DNA of 32,000 nt from sequence record CM051313.1; one strand, written 5' to 3'. Below are positions 1 to 9,814 of the stretch, in pieces. Each line of letters starts with the position of its first letter. Position 1 is the first letter of the stretch. Position numbers and translations under genes: made by a program. Under the pieces are notes generated by a model, which did no database searches, was not told the DNA's origin, and saw nothing but the letters and a program-made list of their open reading frames with translations.

Positions 1-56
1 AATCTGCGTTCACCTACAATAATATAACGTCTAATTAAAATATTATTTTGTGTCAT
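1..56 (-). CDS. ycf4: ycf4 (photosystem I assembly factor), 5' end only; the CDS runs off the left edge
   Basis: ATG at 56..54 on the minus strand. Translation MTQNNILIRRYIIVGERR resembles the Ycf4 N-terminus. It lies directly downstream of rps9, as in the rps9-ycf4-ycf3-rps18 unit I recall for C. reinhardtii. Only 18 codons are visible. Confidence 0.7.
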   Translation of the reverse strand, partial: MTQNNILIRRYIIVGERR

Positions 57-83
57 ATAGAATTGATTGAGTTTAAAGAAATT

Positions 84-380
84 TATATCCTCCAAAGGAC
101 GGCAATGAACGTCCCCTTACGGGACAATAAATAAATTTGTTGCCTGCCAACAAATTTATTTATTGTATTAAAATAGAATGTTTACATACTCCGAAGGAGG
201 ACGTCCCCTTACGGGAATATAAATATTAGTGGCAGTTGGCAGGCAACAATAAATAAATTTGTCCACTAAAATTTATTTACCCGAAGGGGACGTCCTAATA
301 TAAATATTAGTTCATTTTTATATACCCTAAGTTTACTCATTCTCGGGGAAGGGGACGTCCACTGCCATCCTGCTCCTGCA
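84..380. repeat. Short dispersed repeat (SDR) cluster in the rps9-ycf4 spacer
   Basis: Contains GGACGTCC, CCCCTTACGGG, GTTTACATACTCCGAAGGAGG and AATATAAATATTAGTGGCAGTTG motifs. Stretches at 111-165 and 172-238 recur almost exactly at 14342-14395 and 14455-14550. Confidence 0.9.
125..165. repeat. Perfect 18-bp inverted repeat (hairpin) inside the SDR cluster
   Basis: CAATAAATAAATTTGTTG (125-142), loop CCTGC, CAACAAATTTATTTATTG (148-165). Each arm recurs separately in the 14212-14840 cluster. Confidence 0.85.
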
Positions 381-524
381 AATAGTTATAGATTCCGAAA
401 GAAGTTAATAAATTTGGACTGCTAACTATTACACTTCTTTGGAGGACATAAATATTCCATTATAAAGAAAGAATAAATGGTTAAAATTTAGAAGTTAATA
501 AAATTAAAATCCAAATTTAAGGTA

Positions 525-1103
<579 letters not shown>

Positions 1104-1884
1104 TTATTTCTATATTTTTTAAAAGACATCCGACACCCCTTTTAAAATACAACATAATACCTAAAAGCAACTGAAAAAACAATGAGAGATTTTTTCATCT
1201 TTTGCTAAAGCCATATTACACTTCCCATATAAAATTTTTTATGCTCTCCTTCTGGTAAGTAACCTATTTTTTAGGTTATATGACTGATTTCGGCAAATAA
1301 ATTTTAATAGGAGTTTCAAATGTATTGTACATATCGGGAAAATGCTTGTCACAAATTTTTAATTCGCACATGCGTTAAATTATCAAAAATCGTCTTTCAA
1401 AAATATAAATGTTACCATTTAAATTGAAATTAAACTCACAAGCAATCAAAATAAACTATAAAAAATATTTTGCAAATAAACACAAGGGAATTTAGTTTCC
1501 TGTTGAGATTTATGATTCTGTTAAGAGGAAAATGGACGATATTCATTGTAAAACCTACCATATCACAAAGTCTAGAAAGTGCGCTAAAAGCACAATGATT
1601 AGAACTAATCTTTTACCCTATTAGTCATCTAGACTAGTGCCAGTTGCTCATGTTTATTTATGAACAATATTTTTTTAAAATCACTAAAAAGCTTTCTTTA
1701 TCTTTATGGAAACTCCTATATATATCTTATATTACTATCATATTATTATTTCTTGTACGTGAGTTATGCTAACTGACATCAATGGACTTTTTCTTTAGGA
1801 TTTACGTTTTTTTTAATCATTATGTGTGGTAGACCCAAATTAAATGCCTTTGCCAAGATTTATATAGATGGTTTGAAAAGGTAC

Positions 1885-1920
1885 TTTTTTTACTTAGAAA
1901 AAATTTTCTAAGTAAAAAAA
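1885..1920 (-). terminator. psbE 3' inverted repeat (likely mRNA 3'-end processing or stability element rather than a true terminator)
   Basis: TTTTTTTACTTAGAAAA (1885-1901) pairs perfectly with TTTTCTAAGTAAAAAAA (1904-1920). It starts 14 nt downstream of the psbE stop codon. Confidence 0.65.
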
Positions 1921-1933
1921 GTTTTTAAATTAA

Positions 1934-2182
1934 TTAGTTACCAGATAATTTTTTAACTTGTTCTAAAGCATTGAAACGGTCAGTAATTAATGGAGCTTCT
2001 TGACGATCTTCTGTGAAATATTCATTTGGACGTGGAGTACCAAATACGTCATAAGCAAGACCTGTACTTACAAATAACCAACCTGCAATAAATAAAGCAG
2101 GTACTGTAATACTGTGAATAACCCAGTAACGAATACTAGTTAAAATATCTGAGAAAGGACGCTCTACTGGTTTACCAGCCAT
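1934..2182 (-). CDS. psbE: Cytochrome b559 alpha subunit
   Basis: 82-aa ORF with [49 protein letters not shown], the canonical PsbE sequence including the heme-ligand His. Confidence 0.98.
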
Positions 2183-2190
2183 AAAAAATA

Positions 2191-2195
2191 CCTCC
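2191..2195 (-). promoter_or_regulatory. Shine-Dalgarno-like GGAGG upstream of psbE
   Basis: The minus strand reads TTAGGAGGTATTTTTTATG. The GGAGG lies 8 nt before the psbE ATG. Confidence 0.4.
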
Positions 2196-2294
2196 TAAGT
2201 GTGCTTACTTAGCTTTTTCAACAATTTGTCTGCTTTATAATCAATGTATTATATTAAATATTATACCATAAATTAATTTTATTGAAAATACTAA

Positions 2295-2368
2295 TGCCTG
2301 CTACTAGATTTGAACTAGTGACAATCAGCTTATGAAACGGACGCTCTAACCAACTGAGCTAAGCAGGC
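2295..2368 (-). tRNA. trnM: tRNA with CAU anticodon (elongator Met, or Ile if lysidine-modified)
   Basis: 74-nt cloverleaf folded by hand. Acceptor GCCTGCT/AGCAGGC, D arm GCTC/GAGC, anticodon loop TTCATAA, T arm ACTAG-TTCAAAT-CTAGT, discriminator A. One C-T mismatch in the anticodon stem. The G1-C72 pair and lack of a GGG/CCC anticodon stem argue against an initiator. Confidence 0.85.
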
Positions 2369-2769
2369 TATAAAGATTATATAATATTATAACATAAAAA
2401 TTTTTTTTTATCAAGTTTTAAGTTTTTGAGCATAAAAAAGACCAATTTACCAGAATTTTGACTACAACTACTGTTTTAATACTAGCCTCTTACTCCCAGA
2501 TATCCAAGAACTAAAATATAACCCGCCATAATAACAGTAGAATGAGTTAAACCCTCGAGTGGCGACGCAGTTTTATTACTATATAATGATAATGCCCCAT
2601 TGAAACAATGCTATAAGAAACAGCCGTTTCGTGTAAGGAAGGGCATAAGCGACACGCCTTCAGGTATTTGAATATCCTCTATCTACTTAATTGGACTTAA
2701 ATCGGGATTAAACCCCTTGGGAACATTACATTAGTAGCAGTCGCAAGCCACTGCAAGAATATATAGACC

Positions 2770-3100
2770 GTAAAGAACGTGCCTTCGGAGATGTTTACTT
2801 CTATCCCAGAAGGGGAAGCATATACATATACTGCGATAAAATTTATTGGCTGCCTAGGCAGTTAGCAGGACGTCAGTGGCAGTGGTACCGCCACTGCCTA
2901 TATTTATATACTCCTAAGTTTACTTGCCCGAAGGGGAAGGAGGCAACTGCCACTGACGTCCCGAAGGGGAAAGGGAAGGAGGCAACTGCCACTGACGTCC
3001 CGAAGGGGAAGGGGAAGGAGGCAGTGGCGGTACCACTGCCACTGACGTCCACTGGCGTCCCAAAAGGGACGTCCCGTAAGGGGACGTCCTTTCGAATATG
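2770..3100. repeat. SDR cluster downstream of rpoB2, including a three-unit tandem array (2927-3048)
   Basis: GGCAGTGGTACCGCCACTGCC at 2878-2898 and its inverse at 3020-3040. Three consecutive CCCGAAGGGGA..GGAGGCA..CTGCCACTGACGT units. A GGACGTCCC-GTAAG-GGGACGTCC hairpin at 3067-3089. Confidence 0.92.
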
Positions 3101-3259
3101 CAAAAAACTAAAGAATGTATTGACTTGTACCGGGTTTTCCAACTGCCAATGCCATCCCATTCTGGTAGAGAAATTTGCTAACAAGATTCTAAAAAATGAA
3201 AGAACCAGATTCATAAAGTGATTAAAAAAATAATAAAATAATTTCATTTATGCATAGAA

Positions 3260-5140
3260 TTAAGCTAAATTTAATAAATTATCGATTTCAACTAAATTTG
3301 GCATAGAAGAGTTCTTGACAGTCTGAGAATTAGCTTCCAGTTTTTTAGAACTTTGTACCCCTGTTAAATTCGCATTTACGTTAGTTTTACTTTCTTCTCC
3401 AGGCATTTTAAAGTAAGGTAAAGATGTTTCTTTATTTTTTCTAAATAATCCAATATCTAAACATAAAGCTTGAAGTTCACAAATTAAAACTTTAAAAGAT
3501 TCTGGTGATCCTAAAGAAATCTCTTTGTTTTCAATTAAATTCTTCCATAAATTTTGACGGCCAGTCATATCATCTGATTTAATGGTTAACATTTCAGATA
3601 ATACAAAAGCTGCGCCATATCCTTCAATAGCCCAAACTTCCATTTCACCTAAGCGCTGACCACCTTGTTTTGAACGTCCACGTAAAGGTTGTTGAGTTAC
3701 TAACGAATATGGGCCTGTTGAACGTGCATGCATTTTATCGTCAACCATATGAACTAATTTTAAAACATAAGCAATCCCTACAGTTACCGTTTGATCAAAA
3801 CATTCACTATTACGACCATCAAATAAACGTATTTTACCAGGATGATTTGGATCTAATAACCACTTTAAACCGGTTTTTTTACGTGCTTCATAAAGTTTAG
3901 ATAAAACAAAACTGCGTGAAGCATCAGCACCATACATTTCATCAAAGGGTGGAATTTTATAATGTTCCCCTAAATAACGTCCGGCTAATCCTAATAAACA
4001 TTCATAAATTTGACCCACATTCATACGTGATGGAACACCTAAGGGGTTTAAAACAATATCAACAGCAGCTCCATCTGGTAAAAATGGCATATCTTGTCGT
4101 GGTAAAATACGTGAAACAATCCCTTTATTCCCATGTCGTCCGGCCATTTTATCACCCACTTGCATTTTGCGTTTTTCAGCTAAATAGATATGGATATAAG
4201 AAGGCTGACTAACCATAGTATTTTGCGCTTTACTGGCACGAGGGGGTTTACTTCCTTTACCAGTATTTTTTGATTTTGTATTAATTTGAATTTTTTGACG
4301 AGCAAGAATATTTATATTAATAACATTAGCTTTAATACCTTTAGGGGCACGCAACGATGAATCTTTTGTTGTACTTAATTGTTTATCAAAAATTTTATAT
4401 AATAATTTTTGCTGTGGTGTTAGAGTTTTAATATTAAACGGTGTAATTTTACCAACTAAAATATCCCCTTCTTCAACCCAGCTGCCAATTTTGGCAATAC
4501 CAGTTTTATCTAAATGTTTGATTTCATTTTCACTAATATCTGGAATTTCTCGAGTAATTTGCTCAAAACCTAATTTAGTTTCTTTGGTTGTAACTTCATA
4601 TCGTTCAATATGAATTGAAGTATAAATATCTTCATATACTAAACGTTCGTTAATTAAAATAGCATCTTCGTAATTATAGCCTTCCCACGGCATATAAGCT
4701 ACGATAATATTATGTCCAATAGCTAATTCACCTCCAATACTTGAAGCACTATCAGCTAATAAATCACCCACTTCAACCCAATCACCTTCTTTAACCGCTG
4801 GTTTATGAATTAAGCAAGTATCTTGATTTGAACGGTGATAAGTTTCTAAATTATATTTAACTTGGTTTTTGAATGCACTTGTTCCCATAGAAAAAATGGT
4901 TGCATTTTTAGTTTTTTTTAGTTTGTTTTGATGTTTATATAATTCAGGAGAAAAAATAGGCAGTGGCGGTACCACTGCCACTGACGTCCTATTTGTTTTA
5001 AAAGGTTTAAGTGGAAGGGTTTGATCGTGTATCTTTGTGAAATTTTCTATCTGAAAATTTTTTGGCGAAAGAAATTGCATATCCAAAGACGATTTTTTTT
5101 TAAAATTGTAGATACTTTCAGTTAAAATTGAATATGTCAT
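3260..5140 (-). CDS. rpoB2: RNA polymerase beta subunit, C-terminal half (split rpoB); start codon uncertain
   Basis: 626-aa ORF. YHRSNQDTCLIHKP, GELAIGHNIIVAYMPWEGYNYEDAILINERLV, GDKMAGRHGNKGIVS, NPLGVPSRMNVGQ, HMVDDKMHARSTGPYSLVTQQPLRGRSKQGGQRLGEMEVWA and MLTIKSDD match bacterial and plastid RpoB. The first ~85 residues are not conserved and contain an SDR. Confidence 0.92.
   Translation of the reverse strand: MTYSILTESIYNFKKKSSLDMQFLSPKNFQIENFTKIHDQTLPLKPFKTNRTSVAVVPPLPIFSPELYKHQNKLKKTKNATIFSMGTSAFKNQVKYNLETYHRSNQDTCLIHKPAVKEGDWVEVGDLLADSASSIGGELAIGHNIIVAYMPWEGYNYEDAILINERLVYEDIYTSIHIERYEVTTKETKLGFEQITREIPDISENEIKHLDKTGIAKIGSWVEEGDILVGKITPFNIKTLTPQQKLLYKIFDKQLSTTKDSSLRAPKGIKANVININILARQKIQINTKSKNTGKGSKPPRASKAQNTMVSQPSYIHIYLAEKRKMQVGDKMAGRHGNKGIVSRILPRQDMPFLPDGAAVDIVLNPLGVPSRMNVGQIYECLLGLAGRYLGEHYKIPPFDEMYGADASRSFVLSKLYEARKKTGLKWLLDPNHPGKIRLFDGRNSECFDQTVTVGIAYVLKLVHMVDDKMHARSTGPYSLVTQQPLRGRSKQGGQRLGEMEVWAIEGYGAAFVLSEMLTIKSDDMTGRQNLWKNLIENKEISLGSPESFKVLICELQALCLDIGLFRKNKETSLPYFKMPGEESKTNVNANLTGVQSSKKLEANSQTVKNSSMPNLVEIDNLLNLA
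4955..4991. repeat. 37-nt SDR hairpin element inside the rpoB2 ORF
   Basis: The minus strand reads TAGGACGTCAGTGGCAGTGGTACCGCCACTGCCTATT, identical to 17822-17858 in rpoC2. Translated here as RTSVAVVPPLPI. Confidence 0.9.
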
Positions 5141-5209
5141 AAAATTTTGTAATATAATTTGTAATTTCCTAATAATTAATTATTTTTAAAATTATGATAA
5201 AATAAACGG

Positions 5210-5850
5210 TTTACAGCAGTAGCCTTGTATCTTCGGGATTCTTCCTTGGGAGGTATAAATAAACCTACCTCCCTTCAAGGCTGCGTCACATCTAATATCT
5301 ATATGCCCTAATTTTACTTGCCATACCTATCTCCTAACGAGAATATTAATGCTACTTGGCAGCAAGTTCCTGTTAACGCAGTATAAATGTTACTTAGTCG
5401 TAAAGGGATTTCGTTCAGATTATATTAATTGCCTGGCTTAGCGGCTAACAAGCTTTTTGGGAGAATTTTAAAATAGGATGTTAATACTGCGATAAACTTT
5501 AGTTATCCGAAGGTTTACATACTAGGATTTTAATACTCCCAAGTTTACTTGCCCGAAGGGGAAGGAGGCAGTGGCGGTACCACTGCCACTGGCGTCCTCC
5601 TTCCCCTTCGGGACGTCAGTGGCAGTTGCCTCGCCTATCGGCTAACAAGTTCCTTCGGAGTATATAAATATAGGCAGTGGCGGTACCACTGCCACTAAAA
5701 TTTATTTGCCCGAAGGGGACGTCCTGCCAACTGCCTAATATAAATATTGGGCAAGTAAACTTAGGAGTATTAAAATAGGCAGTGGCGGTACCACTGCCAC
5801 TAATATTTATATTCCCGTAAGGGGACGTCCTAGTATGTAAACATTCTAAG
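5210..5850. repeat. SDR cluster filling most of the rpoB1-rpoB2 spacer
   Basis: Three copies of GGCAGTGGCGGTACCACTGCC (5567-5587, 5673-5693, 5778-5798), plus AAGTTTACTTGCCCGAAGGGGAAGGAGG, CCCGTAAGGGGACGTCC and GCAGTTGCCTCGCCTATCGGCTAACAAGTTCCTTCGGAGTATATA. The last also occurs in inverse orientation at 10068-10110 and 14700-14750. Confidence 0.92.
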
Positions 5851-5995
5851 TAAATGAATTGTATTATAATCGTCCAAAAAGGAAAAGAACCTGCGTTAAG
5901 GGTCTATATAATGCGTTAAGGGTCTATATCATAATGTGTATTCACATCATAATGATTGTATACACTTTATGTTCCTGAAAAGACTTTAAAACTTT

Positions 5996-8464
5996 TTATT
6001 GTAGTGAATAAATAATTATTTCTTTTGAACTTGTATACATCACAATACCACTTGATTTAGCTGTTATGACATGACCAGAATCACTAACTGCTCGTGCTTC
6101 TAAGCCTGTTCCTACAATAGGACGTTGAGGTTTTAAGATAGGAACAGCTTGTCGTTGCATATTGGAACCCATTAAAGCACGGTTAGCATCATCGTGTTCA
6201 AAAAATGGAATTAATGATGTTGCTATTGAAATCATTTGAATAGGAGCTACACCTACATATTGAATTTCATTACGTGATATTTTTGTAAAATCTTCAACAA
6301 TTCGCACTGGGATCGATGCTTTTGGTAAAAAACCAATTTCAGATGTATATAAATCTGGAGCACCTAATTTAATTTTTTCTTCTTGTTTTGCAGAAAAAAA
6401 ATATAATCCAGTTTTCTTTTGAACTTGACCTTTATAAACACGATAAAAAGGTGTTTCAATATAACCTTCTGCATTGACACGAGCATAAGCAGTTAATGAG
6501 TTTACTAATCCAGTATTTTTACCTTCAGGGGTTTCAACGGGACAAATACGACCATAGTGTGAAGGATGAATACCTCGAATGGCTAACGTGGCTGAATCTC
6601 TAGTAACGCCTCCAGGACCCATTGAACTTAAACGTCTTTTATGGGTTAATTCAGCTAAAGGATTTATTTGATCCATAAATTGGGATAATGGACTTGTACC
6701 AAAAAACTCACGTAAAGCCCCGTTAAATGGTTTTGTATTAATTAGATTCCCAATAGTTAATTGAGTAGCATTTTCTGCATCACCTACGGGACTTTTATTA
6801 CGTTGCTTAGACGAACGGAAAGCAAATTTTTGTGATGGTAACGAACTTAAACCTGATGCGTAAGTCATTTTTTCACGGATTGTTTTCTCTAAACGAACTA
6901 AACCTACACCAATTTGAATTTGAATCAATTCACCTGAAGTACGTACACGTCGATTTTTTAAATGATCAATATCATCTAACTCACGTAACCCTTTTGAAAC
7001 TAAAATTAAATTATTAGTAGCAGCTAATAAATCTTGTGGTGTTAATGTTGTGATATCTTGTGAAATCGATAATTTCAATTTTCGATTGAAATTAACACGT
7101 CCCACTTTTCCTAAATCATAAGTACGTGGATTCATAAATTTATTAAATATCCATTTACGCCCTTGCTCTGATTTAAGAAAAAGTGCTTTTTCTAAATCTA
7201 TTAGTTCAGATAAAGTTTTTATATTTTCTGCTGGAGTTTTACCTTTAGTATTAGCCACATTTAAAGTTTTACTTTTTTTAGAAGCTGAAGTTTTATTTTT
7301 TGTTTGCGATTTACTTGATGGATTTCCTTCTGTCAACTCTAGCATTTTTTTGGCTTTTTCTTGAGCTTTGATTTTTTTTGCAAAAACAATATTATAAATA
7401 GCCGACCAAGCAGCTGGTGGTGTTTTTACATAAGGTAAAGGTTTTTTTCGTGGATTTAAAGGATCTTCGTCTAAATTATATAATAAGATTTTTGAATCCA
7501 TTACAGTTTTTAAAACAATTTTATCTGTTAATCCAACAGCAATTAAAAACCACATAATAGGAATTTTGGGAACGCGTTTCATTTGCGCCCAAATTTTATT
7601 ATATTTATCCATTTCAATACGTAACCATGTACCACGATTACAAATTAAATCTGCAAAATAACGTGTAAAAGTGTTTTCTGGTTTTTCGCTCCATTTATCT
7701 GAAAAATTTTCATAAATCTTTTTTTGATAATAAATACCAGGGCTACGTACCATTTGATTCACTATAACGCGTGCACATCCATTTAAAATAAAATGACCAC
7801 GTTTTGTCATTAATGGAATATCGCCAATATAAACCCATTTTAATTTGATTATATTTTTGCTTTTATCAGTTAGTTGCACTGGAATATATAATTTTGATGT
7901 ATAACTTTTTGATTTTATAATAGCTTGACTAGGACTATATTCAGGTGGTGTTAATTGATAATAATCTGGATAAAAAAAGATTTCCATTGTTTTTTTTGAA
8001 TTAGTAATTGGATTACGTTTTGAAAATTCTTCTATAATACCTTTTTCTAAAAGTGTAAAAAAACTATTTCGTTGAATTTCAACAAAATCTGAAATCAAAT
8101 ATTTATTAAAATCTGGTTGTTTAACACTAAAAAATGAATTTTGTTTTATTTTTAAATCCACACTGGCCGGTAAGCCAGTTTTATTTTTGTTGAAAACACC
8201 AAACTCTGTTGATTTATGTAAAACTCCTTGATCTTCAGGATTTAATACTCCCCTGGCAGTTAAATCAATTTGGGATACATTAACGTTATCTTCCCTTTGC
8301 AAGAAAGAAATGTCATCTACATAAATGTCATGATCAGTTTTTGTAATTAATTCACGAGTTAATTTTGTTTTAGATATACGTTCTGTTTTATTTTTTTGTG
8401 ATTCTTGGTTAGAATCGAAATTTAGAGTTTGATTTATCATCATATTTGTTGAAATATTTAACAT
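5996..8464 (-). CDS. rpoB1: RNA polymerase beta subunit, N-terminal half (split rpoB)
   Basis: 822-aa ORF. RSPGIYY, GTWLRIE, DDIDHLKNRRVRTSGELIQ, INPLAELTHKRRLSSMGPGG, IRGIHPSHYGRICPVETPEGKNTGLV, FFEHDDANRALMGSNMQRQAVP and IVGTGLE match RpoB. It ends where rpoB2 homology resumes. Confidence 0.95.
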   Translation of the reverse strand: MLNISTNMMINQTLNFDSNQESQKNKTERISKTKLTRELITKTDHDIYVDDISFLQREDNVNVSQIDLTARGVLNPEDQGVLHKSTEFGVFNKNKTGLPASVDLKIKQNSFFSVKQPDFNKYLISDFVEIQRNSFFTLLEKGIIEEFSKRNPITNSKKTMEIFFYPDYYQLTPPEYSPSQAIIKSKSYTSKLYIPVQLTDKSKNIIKLKWVYIGDIPLMTKRGHFILNGCARVIVNQMVRSPGIYYQKKIYENFSDKWSEKPENTFTRYFADLICNRGTWLRIEMDKYNKIWAQMKRVPKIPIMWFLIAVGLTDKIVLKTVMDSKILLYNLDEDPLNPRKKPLPYVKTPPAAWSAIYNIVFAKKIKAQEKAKKMLELTEGNPSSKSQTKNKTSASKKSKTLNVANTKGKTPAENIKTLSELIDLEKALFLKSEQGRKWIFNKFMNPRTYDLGKVGRVNFNRKLKLSISQDITTLTPQDLLAATNNLILVSKGLRELDDIDHLKNRRVRTSGELIQIQIGVGLVRLEKTIREKMTYASGLSSLPSQKFAFRSSKQRNKSPVGDAENATQLTIGNLINTKPFNGALREFFGTSPLSQFMDQINPLAELTHKRRLSSMGPGGVTRDSATLAIRGIHPSHYGRICPVETPEGKNTGLVNSLTAYARVNAEGYIETPFYRVYKGQVQKKTGLYFFSAKQEEKIKLGAPDLYTSEIGFLPKASIPVRIVEDFTKISRNEIQYVGVAPIQMISIATSLIPFFEHDDANRALMGSNMQRQAVPILKPQRPIVGTGLEARAVSDSGHVITAKSSGIVMYTSSKEIIIYSLQ

Positions 8465-8539
8465 ATAGACAGTTAGTCATGTTTCTTTGTCTAACCCTGC
8501 ATTCTTCAGAGGATGTAAACTCTTGGAAACTAAGACACA

Positions 8540-8812
8540 TGCACGCCACTTAATATTTATATACTTAGGACGCCAGTGGCAGTGGTAACGCCACTGCCTG
8601 CTTCCTCCTTCCCCTTCGGGCAAGTAAACTTCGGAGTATGTAAACCCCTTCGGGCAACTAAAGTTTATCGCAGTATATAAATATAGGATTTTAATACTCC
8701 GAAGGAGGCAGTTGGCAGGCAACTGCCACTGACGTCCTCCTTCGGAGTATGTAAACATTCTATTTTAATACTCCTAAGTTTACTTGCCCGAAGGGGAAGG
8801 AGGCAGTTTGCT
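8540..8812. repeat. SDR cluster immediately upstream of rpoB1
   Basis: Variant hairpin GGCAGTGGTAACGCCACTGCC at 8578-8598, plus CCTTCCCCTTCGGGCAAGTAAACTT, GGCAGTTGGCAGGCAACTGCCACTGACGTCC and CTAAGTTTACTTGCCCGAAGGGGAAGGAGG. Confidence 0.9.
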
Positions 8813-9679
8813 AAACAACTGGGCCTTATGTTAACTCACTTGTAAGTTAACTTAAATTTATATACTATAAAGCAGCTAAATACACTTCCCTTTAAGGCTG
8901 GATGGTAGCATAAGGTAATATTTTATACCCAAAAGCCGATGGCAATATAATATTATACTTGAATACGGCCCTATTAGCTCAAACCATCAGCAAAAAGTTA
9001 TGTAATTTATGGGAAAAGTTAGAATGTTAGCTTCTGAAGGGATTTAGCTAAAAAAGCTTACCCTGGTTCAATTACCTAATTGTTAGGTTAGTTTTAAAGA
9101 AAGGTATTTTCTCCATTATGCCATTTTTTTAATTTGAATTTTAAAGCTAATCAATCAATTTCCACCTTGTGCGTGAAAATAAATCTTGTTCAGATCTTAA
9201 TTCAATGGTTGTTTTAGCAAAGCTTATAATTATATAAAAAAACCATATGTTAAATGTAATATGTTACTCTTGAAATAAATCACCTTTTTAATTTTAAAGC
9301 AGACATATTTTAATTAAATAACATGACATTATTTTTTTTTTAACTAAACTGTTATATCTTTAATATACTTTGTAAACGTTTATTTTATTTTTAATATAAG
9401 CTTTTCTTTATAGATCCATGGAACAAACTAGTGTTTTTGGTGAAAAAAATAAATCAAGATTATATTTTCAAACTATAATCTACGCATTTAACATGCTAAA
9501 AGAGAAAAACCTCAAAACCAGCCTAGTATGATTTTGTATGTTGTTAATGCACTCTATTTTATATTTTTTTTTAAAATATAATAAATATATTATATTTATT
9601 TTAAACTAATATTTACATAAATTTTAAACGAGTTAGCTTAATACAAAAGGTAAAATTACCCTATTTATTTTTATTAATT

Positions 9680-9814
9680 ATGACAACAAAAAAATCAGCT
9701 GAAGTACTTGTTTATCCTATTTTCACAGTTCGTTGGTTAGCTATCCACGGTATTGCAGTACCAACAATTTTCTTCTTAGGAGCTATTACTGCTATGCAAT
9801 TCATTCAACGTTAA
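9680..9814 (+). CDS. psbF: Cytochrome b559 beta subunit
   Basis: Hand-translated 44 codons: [44 protein letters not shown], then TAA. Canonical PsbF ([12 protein letters not shown]...AMQFIQR). Too short for the supplied ORF track. Confidence 0.96.

Noticed and set aside
1569-1635. Possible multi-stem RNA structure in the psbE-rps9 spacer (AGTCTAGA with TCTAGACT, enclosing GTGC..GCAC and GATTAG..CTAATC hairpins)
   Set aside because: The closing helix is largely two copies of the self-complementary TCTAGA. The inner stems are 4-6 bp in AT-rich sequence. This is indistinguishable from chance without conservation or structure-probing data.
2873-3247. ORFs 2873-3247 (-) and 3024-3221 (+), 124 and 65 aa
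   Set aside because: Both lie wholly in an SDR cluster. Their peptides (ASFPFPFGTSVAVASFPFPFG, PLPLTSTGVPKGTSRKGTS) are just translated tandem repeats. The GC-rich repeats lack stop codons in most frames.
5141-5995. rpoB1 and rpoB2 in the same frame, considered as readthrough or a pseudogenised single gene
   Set aside because: The spacer carries stops in that frame (TAA at 5996-5998 and at 5180-5182) and no conserved RpoB residues. Both halves retain all conserved blocks, which argues for two functional ORFs. The shared frame has a 1 in 3 chance probability.
8161-8176. Small hairpin CTGGCCGGTAAGCCAG inside rpoB1, resembling the GGTACC hairpin
   Set aside because: A 5-bp stem only, with a different loop, no flanking SDR motifs, and a location in ordinary coding sequence.
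8477-8758. ORF 8477-8758 (-), 93 aa
   Set aside because: Translated SDR cluster (YLPEGEGGSRQWRYHCHW). It has no resemblance to a real protein and overlaps the rpoB1 upstream region.
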